A stretch of DNA of 64,000 nucleotides. Source: an uncultured Chloroflexia bacterium (GTDB lineage Bacteria > Chloroflexota > Limnocylindria > Limnocylindrales > CSP1-4). Positions within the stretch are counted from its first letter, which is position 1, and every line of letters starts with the position of its first letter. The stretch is taken from NCBI GenBank assembly GCA_963698505.1, contig CAVORC010000013.1, positions 3,378 to 67,377 of the forward strand, given 5' to 3'. Made by a program: the position numbers and the translations under genes. This document shows positions 1 to 9,493 of this stretch, one piece after another. Below the pieces are notes generated by a model. That model was not told the origin of the DNA and did no database searches. It saw only the letters and a list, made by a program, of their open reading frames with translations.

Positions 1-318
1 CCAGGCCACGATGCCGCCGCTGACGTTGGTGACGTTGCCGAACCCCTGCGCCTGCAGGAACTGCGTGGCGTTCTGGCTGCGCCCGCCGGTGCGGCACATC
101 AGCAGCAGCTCGCGGTCGCGGGGCAGATCCCTGACGCGGCTGTTGAGGCGGCCCAGTGGCAGCAGTACCGCGCCACGGGCACGGATCTGCGAGTACTCGT
201 TGGGCTCGCGCACATCGATGATCAGGGCGCCGACGTCGTCGGGGCCCTGCATCTCGGCGGCTTGCTGCACGGTCACGGCGGGGACGCCCCCACCCATCAG
301 GTTGCGAAGGAACGACAT
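1..318 (-). CDS. rhodanese-like sulfurtransferase domain protein (C-terminus runs off window)
   Basis: Own minus-strand translation from ATG at 318: MSFLRNLMGGGVPAVTVQQAAEMQGPDDVGALIIDVREPNEYSQIRARGAVLLPLGRL...LLMCRTGGRSQNATQFLQAQGFGNVTNVSGGIVAW. CRTGGRS fits the rhodanese CxxGxR active-site loop. Absent from the ORF track because it is cut by the window edge. Confidence 0.85.
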   Translation of the reverse strand, partial: MSFLRNLMGGGVPAVTVQQAAEMQGPDDVGALIIDVREPNEYSQIRARGAVLLPLGRLNSRVRDLPRDRELLLMCRTGGRSQNATQFLQAQGFGNVTNVSGGIVAW

Positions 319-320
319 GC

Positions 321-731
321 TTACTCCAGTTCGATGAGTGGTTTGCGTCCGGCGATGCCGGCCTCGAGCTCATGCCACCAGCCGATGTCGTCCTCACCCA
401 GCTTCCAGCAGAGCCAGATCGGCCGGCCGGAGGCGAGGGCGGGGAAGTCGACGAGGCCGCTGCCGATGTCGCGCAGCGTGATGCCCCAGGCGTCGATCTG
501 GCGCACCGTCCGTTCCATGCGCCGCACGGTCTCGGTCATCCGCTCCCGCTCGCGCTCGAGCTGGGCCGCACGCTCCGCCTCGGCGAGGTTGGCTGAGCCG
601 TCAGCGGCCAGCAGCCGCACACGACGCTGGGACGCGGCGATGGAGTCGCGGTCATCCCGCAGCGCCGCCAGCAACGGCCGCAGCTCGTTCACGCGCTCGT
701 TGGCCGTGGCAAGGTCGTAGTAGCTGGTCAC
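321..731 (-). CDS. DUF2203 family protein
   Basis: C-terminal 136 codons of track ORF 321..1466, GTG start at 731. The coiled-coil N-half followed by WGITLRDIGSGLVDFPALASGRPIWLCWKLGEDDIGWWHE matches the DUF2203 pattern. The stop lies 2 nt before the rhodanese start, so the two form an operon. Confidence 0.6.
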   Translation of the reverse strand: MTSYYDLATANERVNELRPLLAALRDDRDSIAASQRRVRLLAADGSANLAEAERAAQLERERERMTETVRRMERTVRQIDAWGITLRDIGSGLVDFPALASGRPIWLCWKLGEDDIGWWHELEAGIAGRKPLIELE

Positions 732-821
732 GCGCCGGATTCTCGCACGCGGCACGTGTTCGTCGCTGCGGTGGGTCCCCGCGCTCAGCGCGTCGCCGCT
801 GCCGGACGCTAGAGTCGCGAG

Positions 822-1997
822 ATGAGATTGGCTGAGCGGATGGCGCACATCGGTACCGAGTCGGCGTTCGAGGCTGCGGCCCGGGCCCGGGCCGCGCAGG
901 CGGCCGGCCGCGACATCATCAGCCTCCACATCGGCGAACCGGACTTCGAGACGCCACCCAATGTCGTCGAGGCGGCCTGCCGCGCGCTGGCCGACGGTCA
1001 GACGCACTATGCACCGCCACTGGGCGTGCCGGCCTTTCGCGAGGCCATCGCCACCGACTTCAGCCGCCGTCGCGGCGTGGAGCTGAGCCCCGATCGCGTC
1101 GTCGTGACACCCGGAGCCAAGCCGGTGCTGGCCTTCAGCCTGATGGCACTGGCAGGGCCGGGCGACGAGGTCATCGTCCCCGACCCCGGCTTCCCCATCT
1201 ACGAGTCGCTGACGCGCTTCGTTGGTGCCACGCCGGTGCCGATCCCCTTGCGGCAGGCCAACGGGTTCCGGCTGGACCTCGACGAGCTGCGCGCGCTGGT
1301 CTCGCCGCGAACGCGCCTGCTGCTGATCAACAGCCCGCACAACCCCACCGGGGCGGTGCTGACGCGGCACGACCTGGAGGGCATCGCAGCCATCGCCATG
1401 GCCAACGACCTGGTGGTCCTGACCGACGAGATCTACGCCCGACTCGTCTACGAGGGCGATCATCACTCCATCCTCGCCGTCGACGGCATGGCCGAGCGCA
1501 CCATCGTGCTCGACGGGCTCTCGAAGACCTACGCCATGACCGGCTGGCGCCTGGGCTGGGGCATCGTGCCAGGCCCGCTGGTGCCCGTCTTCGAGCGCCT
1601 GCTCATCAACACCGTCTCCTGCACGGCCACCTACGCGCAGCTGGCGGGGGCGGAGGCACTCAGCGGTCCGCAGGACGCGGTCGACGCCATGAGGGAAGAG
1701 TTCCGGCAGCGTCGCTCCCTCGTCGTGGATGGGCTCTCGTCACTCCCTGGCGTGACCTGCGACCTGCCGCAGGGGGCGTTCTACGCCTTCCCCGCGATCG
1801 GTGGCAGCGGCATGGATGGCGCCACGCTGGCCGCCCGCCTGCTCGACGAGGCGGGCGTGTCCGTGCTGGCCGGCACCGCCTTCGGGCGCATGGCGACGGA
1901 TCACCTGCGCGTGTCCTACGCCACATCGCAGGCCGACCTGCGCGTTGCGCTCGAGCGCATGGGCCATCTCCTGGCAGCCAAGGGACACCGCCGATGA
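822..1997 (+). CDS. class I/II PLP-dependent aminotransferase (aspartate/aromatic type)
   Basis: 391 aa. Motifs [18 protein letters not shown] and [13 protein letters not shown] (PLP-lysine motif). Confidence 0.9.
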   Translation: MRLAERMAHIGTESAFEAAARARAAQAAGRDIISLHIGEPDFETPPNVVEAACRALADGQTHYAPPLGVPAFREAIATDFSRRRGVELSPDRVVVTPGAKPVLAFSLMALAGPGDEVIVPDPGFPIYESLTRFVGATPVPIPLRQANGFRLDLDELRALVSPRTRLLLINSPHNPTGAVLTRHDLEGIAAIAMANDLVVLTDEIYARLVYEGDHHSILAVDGMAERTIVLDGLSKTYAMTGWRLGWGIVPGPLVPVFERLLINTVSCTATYAQLAGAEALSGPQDAVDAMREEFRQRRSLVVDGLSSLPGVTCDLPQGAFYAFPAIGGSGMDGATLAARLLDEAGVSVLAGTAFGRMATDHLRVSYATSQADLRVALERMGHLLAAKGHRR

Positions 1998-2070
1998 ACA
2001 GGCGCCCCCGCGTCTTCGTCACTCGCCTCATCCCCGCGGCCGGGCTCGATCGCGTGCGCGCAGACCACCG

Positions 2071-2970
2071 ATGTCGAGGTCTGGGACGACGAGCTGCCCG
2101 CCGGCCCGCCAGTCGCTGCTGGAGAAGGTGCGAGGCGTGGACGGCCTCCTCTCGCTGCTCACCGATCGCGTCGACGATGAGCTGCTCGATGCCGCGGGGC
2201 CGCAGCTGCGGGTGGTCTCCAACTTCGCGGTGGGCTACGACAACATCGACGTCGCCGCCTGTGCCCGTCGCGGGGTGGCGGTGGGCAACACGCCCGGGGT
2301 GCTCACCGAGACGACCGCCGACCTCGCCTTCGCGCTGCTCATGGCCTGCGCCCGCCGGCTGCCGGAGGCATCCGCCTACGTGCGCGCCGATCGCTGGCAG
2401 ACGTGGAGCCCGTTGTTGCTGCTGGGCAAGGACGTCCACGGCGCCACGCTCGGCCTGGTCGGCTTCGGGCGCATCGGTCGCGAGATGGCCCGGCGGGCCA
2501 CCGGCTTTCGCATGCGCACGCTCTACTACGACCGCGTCCGTGCCGACGCCGCGGCGGAGGCGGAGCTGGGCGCCACCTTCGCGCCCTTCGAGGAGGTCCT
2601 CGCAGCGGCCGACGTCATCAGCCTGCACACCGTGCTCAGCGACGAGACCCGCGGCCTCATCGACGCGGCCGCGCTCGCGCGCATGAAGCGTGGTGCCATC
2701 CTCATCAACACCAGCCGCGGTCCGGTGGTGGACCACGTGGCCCTCGCCCAGGCACTGCGCTCCGGCCAGCTCTTCGCCGCAGGACTCGACGTCACCGACC
2801 CGGAGCCGCTGCGCGCGGACCATCCGCTGGTGGGGCTGCCCAACTGCCTCGTCGTGCCGCACATCGCCTCTGCGTCCGAGCGCACGCGCGATGCCATGGC
2901 ACAGAAGGCCGCAGCCAACCTGCTCGCCGGACTGCGTGGGGAGCCGCTGCCCGATCCGGTGGTGAGCTAG
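2071..2970 (+). CDS. D-isomer-specific 2-hydroxyacid dehydrogenase (glyoxylate/hydroxypyruvate reductase-like); intact ORF lacks the N-terminal strand, which lies in two other frames upstream
   Basis: [29 protein letters not shown] (NAD Rossmann fold) and [11 protein letters not shown]...PHIASAS. The conserved N-terminus [14 protein letters not shown].. starts at 1994 in another frame; see the finding. Confidence 0.8.
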   Translation: MSRSGTTSCPPARQSLLEKVRGVDGLLSLLTDRVDDELLDAAGPQLRVVSNFAVGYDNIDVAACARRGVAVGNTPGVLTETTADLAFALLMACARRLPEASAYVRADRWQTWSPLLLLGKDVHGATLGLVGFGRIGREMARRATGFRMRTLYYDRVRADAAAEAELGATFAPFEEVLAAADVISLHTVLSDETRGLIDAAALARMKRGAILINTSRGPVVDHVALAQALRSGQLFAAGLDVTDPEPLRADHPLVGLPNCLVVPHIASASERTRDAMAQKAAANLLAGLRGEPLPDPVVS

Positions 2971-3500
2971 GAACCCTCGGCCTGGAGGTGGACGAGGATG
3001 CGGCCCGCGACGGCAGTGGCGTCCAGGTCGTCGGTGTCGATGGTGAGATTGGCGATGGCTCGATAGGTGGCGTCGCGCTCCTCGTAGCGCGCCCGCAGCC
3101 ATGCGATGTCGGTGGCATCATCGCGTCGCCCTGCTCCGGCACCGATGCGGCCACGCAGTGTCTCCGGCCGGGCATGCAGATACACCACCGCGGGTGCTGC
3201 CCGCAGCAGCGCCAGCGATGCCGCGTCGGTCACCACCCAGGCGGCGGCACCGACCACCAGGGGTGCCGGCATCGTGAGCGCGTGGCGCAGGGCGCGGGCC
3301 TCCGCCCGGTGCAGCGCGTCCTCGCCCTCGGCCGCGTCGATGTCCTCGGACGATCGGCCGGTGACGGCACGAACCAGCTCGTCGTTGTCGAGGTAGCGCC
3401 ATCCGGTGCGCTGCGCCAGCGCTCGTCCGACGGTCGTCTTGCCGCTGCCCATCATGCCGATGAGCACGATGGTGGTGGGCGCAAGGGTGGTGGTGGGCAC
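2967..3500 (-). CDS. aroK: shikimate kinase
   Basis: C-terminal part of track ORF 2967..3938. GTG at 3500 gives [43 protein letters not shown] (Walker A plus the shikimate-kinase pattern), 177 aa. Confidence 0.85.
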   Translation of the reverse strand: MPTTTLAPTTIVLIGMMGSGKTTVGRALAQRTGWRYLDNDELVRAVTGRSSEDIDAAEGEDALHRAEARALRHALTMPAPLVVGAAAWVVTDAASLALLRAAPAVVYLHARPETLRGRIGAGAGRRDDATDIAWLRARYEERDATYRAIANLTIDTDDLDATAVAGRILVHLQAEGS

Positions 3501-3567
3501 CTGGTTGACTCTACGGCACCACGTGTGGCGGGGCAGCGCCCCGCGGCAGGCCCGTAGACTGTGCGGC

Positions 3568-3903
3568 GTGATCGTCATCCGCCTGGCTGGCCTCTTCTTC
3601 GCCCTGGTCCAGATCAGCCTCGTGCTGCGACTGGCGCTGCCCTTCGTGGAGGTGCCTGCGGGCCTCACGGAGTACGTGCCCGCCCTGGTGGACATCACCG
3701 ACATCTGGGTGCTGCCGGTGGAGGCCATCGTCGACCGGTTCGAGATCACCGGCCTGGCCGAGGACCTCGCCGCCGTCGGGGATGACAGCATCAGCGGACC
3801 TGAGCAGTTCGAGCCGGTGGTGCTCGTGGCCATGCTCTTCTGGGGCCTGGCCGCCTGGTTCTCGCTCTTCGTGTTGCGGCTCATCTTCCGCCCGGCAGGC
3901 TGA
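3568..3903 (+). CDS. small membrane protein, function unknown
   Basis: GTG at 3568 in track ORF 3406..3903. Two hydrophobic segments (VIVIRLAGLFFALVQISLVL, VVLVAMLFWGLAAWFSLFVL) and high GC3. Confidence 0.45.
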   Translation: MIVIRLAGLFFALVQISLVLRLALPFVEVPAGLTEYVPALVDITDIWVLPVEAIVDRFEITGLAEDLAAVGDDSISGPEQFEPVVLVAMLFWGLAAWFSLFVLRLIFRPAG

Positions 3904-3987
3904 CCGACTCGCGAGCCGGGGCGTCGCGTCCGCGCCACTCCCCGGTCGCATCCCGCCGTCCCGGTCGCCGCGGTACCTTCGGGTACG

Positions 3988-5547
3988 GTGCGGTGCGGTC
4001 GTCACCGGCGTAGGGTGCCCTCGATGGTCCAGCCCGAGACCGCGGGAGCGTCTTCCCGCGCCCAGCGACACGACCCCGTCGAGGTGAGCGACAGCAGCGC
4101 CGCGCCGCGGGCGTCGCGCTGGGCCATCACCCGCGGGCAGCTCTTCGTGCTGCTGGCGGTCTTCCTGCCAGCCGTGGCCTCGATGCTGGCCCCGATCATC
4201 ACCGGCGACATCGCCTACCAGGTGCAGGCCGGCAGGCTGATGTTCGAGGCAGGCGGGATCGTGGACACCGATCCCTTCACCTTCACCGTCCTGGGTGAGC
4301 CCTGGGTCAACCAGCAGTGGGGCGCGAGTATCGTCTTCGCCGCTGTCTTCGACGCGGGCGGATGGGCGGGGCTGTTGCTGCTGCGCGCGCTGCTCATCGG
4401 CATCACCTTCGCGCTCGTCTTCGTGGCCTGTCGCGCCAGCGGGGCCGGCCAGGTCATCGCTGCCCTCGTCACCCTGGGCAGCTTCGTCGTGGCAGCCACC
4501 AACCTCGCCCTGCGTTCGCAGACGTTCGGTGTGCTCTGCTTCGCCGCGGTCATCGCCATCCTCGCCTGGCGGCGCAGGCACCCGTGGCTGCTAGGGCTGA
4601 TCCCGCTGGTCATGATCGCGTGGGCCAACACGCACGGCTCCTTCTTCGTCGGCTGGGCCGCCATCGGCCTCGCCGCCCTGGAGGACCTCGTCGCACGCCG
4701 GCGACTGGCGGCGGTGACCATCGGCGTGGGGGTGCTCAGTGTGCTGGCCACGCTGCTCCACCCGTGGGGCGTGGACATGTGGGCCTACGTGGTCGAGCTC
4801 TCGAGCAACCCGCTCATCGCCAGCCTGGTCACCGAGTGGCAGGCACCGACGCTGCAGACGCCCACGGGCATCTTCTTCTTCGCTTCGCTGGCGGTCGTGC
4901 TGGGGCTGCTGCTCTACCGCGGCCGCGTCATCTCCTGGCTGCAGGTGCTGTGGCTGACAGGGTTGGCGCTGCTGGGCCTGATGGCCGTGCGCAACTCCAT
5001 CTGGTGGGCCATCGGCGCGGCCCCCGTCGTCGCCATCCTCGTGGACGGACTGGTCGTCCGAGGTCAGCGGCTGGGGGTGCCGACCCTCGATCGGGCGCGC
5101 GGCGTCGGCTACACCGCGATCGCGCTGGTGGCGGTCGTGCTGGCGGTGGTGGCCCTGCCCCTGTGGAAACCCATCGACCCGCTCTACGGACCGCAGGACG
5201 TGGTCCGCTATGCCCCCCGTGGTGTGACCGAGACGCTGCGAGCGGAGGCGACCGTGGACGACCGCCTCTTCGCCGAGCAGAAGTGGGGCTCCTGGTTCGA
5301 GCTGGCGGTGCCCGGCGTGCCCGTCATGGTCGACACGCGCATCGAGCTCTTCGATGCGGACGTCTGGGGCGACTACCTGCACGTCATCGGTGGCCGCGCC
5401 GACTGGGCTGACATCCTCGACCGCTGGGGCGTGACGCTGGTCGCCATCAGCGCGGCCGACGAGCAGCTGCGCCCGTTCATCGAGGCCGATCCGGGCTGGG
5501 AGCTGCGGTTCGAGGACGACGAGGGCGTCGTCTACCGCCGGAGATAG
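3988..5547 (+). CDS. polytopic membrane protein with C-terminal soluble domain (GT-C-glycosyltransferase-like architecture)
   Basis: 519-aa ORF with about 11 hydrophobic helices followed by a soluble tail of about 120 aa. The start is uncertain (GTG 3988 or ATG 4024). Confidence 0.55.
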   Translation: MRCGRHRRRVPSMVQPETAGASSRAQRHDPVEVSDSSAAPRASRWAITRGQLFVLLAVFLPAVASMLAPIITGDIAYQVQAGRLMFEAGGIVDTDPFTFTVLGEPWVNQQWGASIVFAAVFDAGGWAGLLLLRALLIGITFALVFVACRASGAGQVIAALVTLGSFVVAATNLALRSQTFGVLCFAAVIAILAWRRRHPWLLGLIPLVMIAWANTHGSFFVGWAAIGLAALEDLVARRRLAAVTIGVGVLSVLATLLHPWGVDMWAYVVELSSNPLIASLVTEWQAPTLQTPTGIFFFASLAVVLGLLLYRGRVISWLQVLWLTGLALLGLMAVRNSIWWAIGAAPVVAILVDGLVVRGQRLGVPTLDRARGVGYTAIALVAVVLAVVALPLWKPIDPLYGPQDVVRYAPRGVTETLRAEATVDDRLFAEQKWGSWFELAVPGVPVMVDTRIELFDADVWGDYLHVIGGRADWADILDRWGVTLVAISAADEQLRPFIEADPGWELRFEDDEGVVYRRR

Positions 5548-5570
5548 CGGAGCACCGCAGATCGCGAACC

Positions 5571-5607
5571 GCGGGCTAGCGGCCCGCCGGGGCTAGCGGC
5601 CCGCCGG
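5571..5607. terminator. tandem GC stem-loops between convergent genes (candidate bidirectional terminator)
   Basis: gcgggc-tagcg-gcccgc hairpin at 5571-5587. A perfect 17-nt tandem repeat ggctagcggcccgccgg occupies 5574-5590 and 5591-5607. No T-tract. Confidence 0.35.
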
Positions 5608-6153
5608 CGTCTGCTGGTACTGCGGCTGTGCGGCCGCCTGGCTCAGGACCCGCTTGAGCTCATGTGTGTACGTGCGGCCGGCCATCGTGCGGCTCAGCCA
5701 CTCGACGTAGTTGCGGTCGTACGCCGCCACTTGCGAGATCGCCCAGCCACGGTAGCGGCCGAACGAGAGCACGCTGCCCGATGCCGGCGGGTAGGCCGGT
5801 GGGGGACCGGCCTCGCCGTAGGCGGCCGAGGCCGGCGTGGGCTCGGTCTTGGGGCGCACTGCCCAGCTGCCGCCCTCGTACTTGAGGTTCGTGGCGCCGG
5901 GCATCGACTGGCGCGCATGGCCCACCAGCTCGCCGTCCTTCGACTTGCCGATGATCTCGTCGTAGCGGGCGCGCTTCTCGGTATTGCTGAGGATGGCGTA
6001 GGCCTCGTTGATCTGGGCCATCACCCGCGCACCTTCCGGACCGGCATAGTCGGGGTGATGCTGCTTGGCGAGGGCACGGTAGACCGCGTTGATCACCTCG
6101 ATCGTCGCGCTCGGGTGCAGCATCAGCACTTCGTACAGCGTCCGCTCAGCCAT
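5593..6153 (-). CDS. J-domain (DnaJ-like) protein with DUF3820-like C-terminus
   Basis: N-terminus LYEVLMLHPSATIEVINAVYRALAKQHHPDYAG..INEAYAILSNTEKRARYD (J domain with HPD). C-terminus FGRYRGWAISQVAAYDRNYVEWL resembles the DUF3820 / ExoX C-terminal motif. Confidence 0.8.
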   Translation of the reverse strand: MAERTLYEVLMLHPSATIEVINAVYRALAKQHHPDYAGPEGARVMAQINEAYAILSNTEKRARYDEIIGKSKDGELVGHARQSMPGATNLKYEGGSWAVRPKTEPTPASAAYGEAGPPPAYPPASGSVLSFGRYRGWAISQVAAYDRNYVEWLSRTMAGRTYTHELKRVLSQAAAQPQYQQTPAGR

Positions 6154-6265
6154 GTGGTGACTCTACCGGGCCGAACGCGACTGTCGTACTAACCCTTTGG
6201 TCATGCAGCCACCGCTCCCGACCCGCGCCAGCCGTACTACGGCGTCGCGCCGGCGGGCCACGCGT

Positions 6266-7372
6266 CTAGGCGAACGACGGGGTCGTCACCAGCATCTGCA
6301 GGGTGCCGCTGATGGTGGTCGGCGCTGTCGCTGCCAGCACCGCGAACGTGTCGCCGGCGTTCAGCTCCAGGCGTCCGTGTGACGTCTCGGCCACACCGGA
6401 ACCCTCGGTCACGATGACGACCGAGTAGACGCCCGCGTGCAGCCAGGCGACCGAGCCGTCGACCACGAGCCTGAAGGCCTTGAAGTAGGGATCGCTCTGT
6501 GGGCCCCAGACGTCGTCCTCGAACCAGCCCTCGGTCGCATTGCCGGCCACCCGCCGGGGGGCCGGCACGAGCGTCTCCAGCTCGGCTGCATCCACGATGC
6601 CGCGGTCGATGATGTCGATCATCGTGTCCCAGCCCTTGGACATGTGAGCCTCGTCAGGCGCGATGGGGTAGCCCTTGTACTCCGCGACGATGGAGAAGTC
6701 GGTCGGTTCCTGGGCCTCGACGAGGAACACGCCGGCCCCGGTGGCGTGGAGCAGGCCGGGTCGCACGAAGACCGCGTCGCCCGGCTTCACCTCGATCTCG
6801 TTCATCGCACCGCGCAGGGCCTCGGTGTCCTGCCGCTCGATCCAATCCATCAGCCGCTCACGCGAGATGTCCTCGCGAAAGCCGAGCCAGACACGCGGCG
6901 ACGGCTGGCCCTCCATCTGGCGGGTGGCGACGATGGCCCAGGCCTCGGCCTTGCCGAATCGCGAGTCGAAGATCTGGCGCGCCAGCTCGCGTGTGGGGTG
7001 GACGTGGACGGGCAGACGCGAGCCGGCGTCGAGCAGCTTGACCAGCAGTGCGGTCGTGGGTCCGTAGCGCTCCACGATGGCTGCCCCGGCGACCTCGGCG
7101 GGACGCTCGCGCAGCAGGTCGGCGATCAGGACGCGTTCGCCGGCGAGCTCGACGCTGCTCAGCCCTTCACCCGCGTAGGTGTGCTCGGGCGGGTTGATGG
7201 CAGCCGTGGTCGAGCCCACCCAATCCTCGGGGAAGACGGTGTCCTGCGGAGCGGGCGCCCCACGGAAACGGTCCATCAGGGCGCCACCGCGATAGAAGCG
7301 GTAGACACGATTGGGAGGCAGTCGCAGGGGCAGGGTCAGCAGCTCATCCATGCGCAGAAGATGCCACAACAC
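6266..7372 (-). CDS. class I mannose-6-phosphate isomerase-like cupin
   Basis: PNRVYRFYRGG, LLVKLLDAGSRLPVHVHP, EAWAIV and VFVRPGLLHATGAGVFLVEAQEPTDFS. An alternative ATG start lies at 7351. Confidence 0.7.
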   Translation of the reverse strand: MLWHLLRMDELLTLPLRLPPNRVYRFYRGGALMDRFRGAPAPQDTVFPEDWVGSTTAAINPPEHTYAGEGLSSVELAGERVLIADLLRERPAEVAGAAIVERYGPTTALLVKLLDAGSRLPVHVHPTRELARQIFDSRFGKAEAWAIVATRQMEGQPSPRVWLGFREDISRERLMDWIERQDTEALRGAMNEIEVKPGDAVFVRPGLLHATGAGVFLVEAQEPTDFSIVAEYKGYPIAPDEAHMSKGWDTMIDIIDRGIVDAAELETLVPAPRRVAGNATEGWFEDDVWGPQSDPYFKAFRLVVDGSVAWLHAGVYSVVIVTEGSGVAETSHGRLELNAGDTFAVLAATAPTTISGTLQMLVTTPSFA

Positions 7373-7424
7373 CTACCGCGCCGGGGGCGCTTGTCGCTGA
7401 CTCAGGCGGCATCGGCGCGCCAGG

Positions 7425-7724
7425 TCACTTGCGGGCGCGACCCGCGAGGTACGGCCGGATGCTCATGCTGGAGCGCCCGTCGACGACCCTGAGGTCGACC
7501 GTGGCGTCACCGATGCGTTCGTTGACCTCGGCCGCCACGTAGGTGTGCAGCTGGGCCGAGCCGCCCACGATATCGGTCGGCTCGGGCGTGTCGACGAAGG
7601 CGAAGGTGACACCCGCTTGCCCGGCGATGGGCGCGTAGAAGCGGATGCCCCACGTCTCAGGGATACCCGACGCGATGCGCGCGGCCGTCAGCTCGGTCGT
7701 GGCATTCGCGGTGAGGGAGAACAT
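7425..7724 (-). CDS. HesB/IscA-like domain protein lacking the cluster-binding cysteines
   Basis: MFSLTANATTELTAARI..GIRFYA...VTFAFVDTPEPTDIVGG..TYVAAEV..IGDATVD follows the HesB fold pattern but has no Cys. It lies 12 nt downstream of the Zn-ribbon gene. Confidence 0.5.
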   Translation of the reverse strand: MFSLTANATTELTAARIASGIPETWGIRFYAPIAGQAGVTFAFVDTPEPTDIVGGSAQLHTYVAAEVNERIGDATVDLRVVDGRSSMSIRPYLAGRARK

Positions 7725-7736
7725 CGCCGCGGGCCC

Positions 7737-8060
7737 CTAGCGGTAGCTGGGACGCTGGGCGCTGAAGCAGTCGCTGCAGTAGACGGGCTTCGAGCCGGTC
7801 GGCTGGAACGGCACGCGCGCCTCCTTGCCGCAGCTGGCGCAGGTGGCGCTGAACATCTCGCGGGACCCGCTGCTGTAGCCACCGGCACCGCCGGGATCGC
7901 CCGAGCCACCACGGGAGAGCTTGCGTGCGGCGCGGCACGACGGGCACCGGCGCGGCTCGCTGAACTGTCGCTCCGCGTAGAACTCCTGCTCGTTGGCAGT
8001 GAAGACGAACTCACTGCTGCAGTCGGCGCACGTCAGCACCTTGTCGCTCATCGTGTCCAT
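7737..8060 (-). CDS. double CxxC zinc-ribbon protein (zf-trcl-like)
   Basis: LTCADCSSEFVFTANEQEFYAERQFSEPRRCPSCR plus ATCASCGKEARVPFQPTGSKPVYCSDCF. A strong SD (GAAGGAG) precedes the ATG at 8060. Confidence 0.7.
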   Translation of the reverse strand: MDTMSDKVLTCADCSSEFVFTANEQEFYAERQFSEPRRCPSCRAARKLSRGGSGDPGGAGGYSSGSREMFSATCASCGKEARVPFQPTGSKPVYCSDCFSAQRPSYR

Positions 8061-8242
8061 GGACGGGACTCCTTCTGGGGCGACCCTGCGAACAGATCTC
8101 GCCGTGGGCCGATGAGAGGAGTCAGTGTCGTCACGCGCTGTCGGCGCAGGCTGCGCCGGGACTCAAGCGTAGCACGCGGATCGTCTCGCCCCCGCCTGAT
8201 GGCGATGACGGCCGCCGCCGGGAGCGGCGTGACCGGCTGGCT

Positions 8243-9361
8243 TCAGGCGAGCCCGTCCCACTCGATGACGCGGACGAACTCGTCGACCATCTGTCCATCG
8301 AACTGGCGACCGCGTTCGCGGCGCAGCTCCTCGATGGCCTCGCTGATGGACAAGGCATCACGGTAGGGCCGGTACTGCGTCATGGCGTCGAAGGCGTCGA
8401 CCACGGCGATGATGCGGGCACCCGCGGGGATCTGCTCGCCGAGAAGGCCGTCGGGATAGCCCATCCCGTCCCAGCGCTCGTGGTGGTGGCGGATGATGGG
8501 ACCGAAGCGGTCGGCGCCGTGAAGCGGTGCCGCGATGCGCTCACCGATCTCGGTGTGGCGGCGGACGGCCTCACGCTCCTCATCGGTCAGCGGCCCCTGC
8601 TTGAGCAGGATGGATTCGGAGATGCCGATGCGACCGAGGTCGTGGAGCAGGATGCTGTAGGCCACCGCGTGCAGGTCGGCCGCGGAGAGGCCCATGCGAT
8701 GGCCCAGCTCGGAAGCGTACTTGCCGATGCGCTCGGTATGCCGCTGGATGTCGGTGTCGCGGGCGTTCATCTCGTTGGCCAGCGTGGCGATGACCTGGTG
8801 CGCGGCCTCCATGCCCAGCAGGGCGCGGCGCGTGCGCAGCGCGGCCTTGATGCGAGCCAGCAGGAAATGCGGGTCGATAGGCTTGCTGACCACATCGTCG
8901 GCGCCCTTGCCCAGCGAAGCCATGGCGGCGTCGTGGTGGCTGGGACTGCTGAGCACCACGATGGGCAGGTCGACGTAGCGGCGGTCGCGGTGGATACGCT
9001 GCATCAGGTCGCCGCCATCGGCGTCGGCGATGCCGATGTCCAGCAGCACCACGTCGACGGCGTAGGCCTCCAGGGCCGCCAGCACGGACGGACCGTCGGT
9101 CTTGACCACCGTGTCATAGCCCGCCTGCTCCAGCATGGAGGCGATGACGCGCTGACTCATCACGTCGCGGTCGGCCACCAGGACGCGTGCGCTGCCCAGA
9201 TCAAGGGCGGCGGCCGTCTTCCCGACTACGGCTGTGCCCGAAGGCACCGCGAGGGTATTCATCACGACGATCGTCTCCATTGCCGGCGCGTGGCCCGACA
9301 GGCAGGCTGCGGGGCGTTCGATGAGTGCGGGCCCCGATGGACTTGGGGTCTGCTGCATCAT
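8243..9361 (-). CDS. response regulator with HD-GYP phosphodiesterase output domain
   Basis: REC domain: VLVADRD...VVLLDIGIADADG...VVLSS...SKP. HD-GYP domain: HTERIG...LLHDLGRIG...HHERWDGMGYPDGL. Confidence 0.85.
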   Translation of the reverse strand: MMQQTPSPSGPALIERPAACLSGHAPAMETIVVMNTLAVPSGTAVVGKTAAALDLGSARVLVADRDVMSQRVIASMLEQAGYDTVVKTDGPSVLAALEAYAVDVVLLDIGIADADGGDLMQRIHRDRRYVDLPIVVLSSPSHHDAAMASLGKGADDVVSKPIDPHFLLARIKAALRTRRALLGMEAAHQVIATLANEMNARDTDIQRHTERIGKYASELGHRMGLSAADLHAVAYSILLHDLGRIGISESILLKQGPLTDEEREAVRRHTEIGERIAAPLHGADRFGPIIRHHHERWDGMGYPDGLLGEQIPAGARIIAVVDAFDAMTQYRPYRDALSISEAIEELRRERGRQFDGQMVDEFVRVIEWDGLA

Positions 9362-9493
9362 CTGCCGTGCGGTCGCGTGGGGTCACTAGGACGTTACGGT
9401 CAGCCGGGTGGGACGAACGGCAGGCGGCACGCCGGACAATAACGGACCCCGGCCAGCGACCGGGGTCCGTTTGGCAGCGTTGCGGATGGTTGG

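Noticed and set aside
8143-8161. Hairpin cggcgca-ggc-tgcgccg downstream of the HD-GYP gene as a terminator.
   Set aside because: It is a short 7-bp stem with no U-tract. Such palindromes are frequent in GC-rich intergenic DNA, so this is not enough for a feature call.
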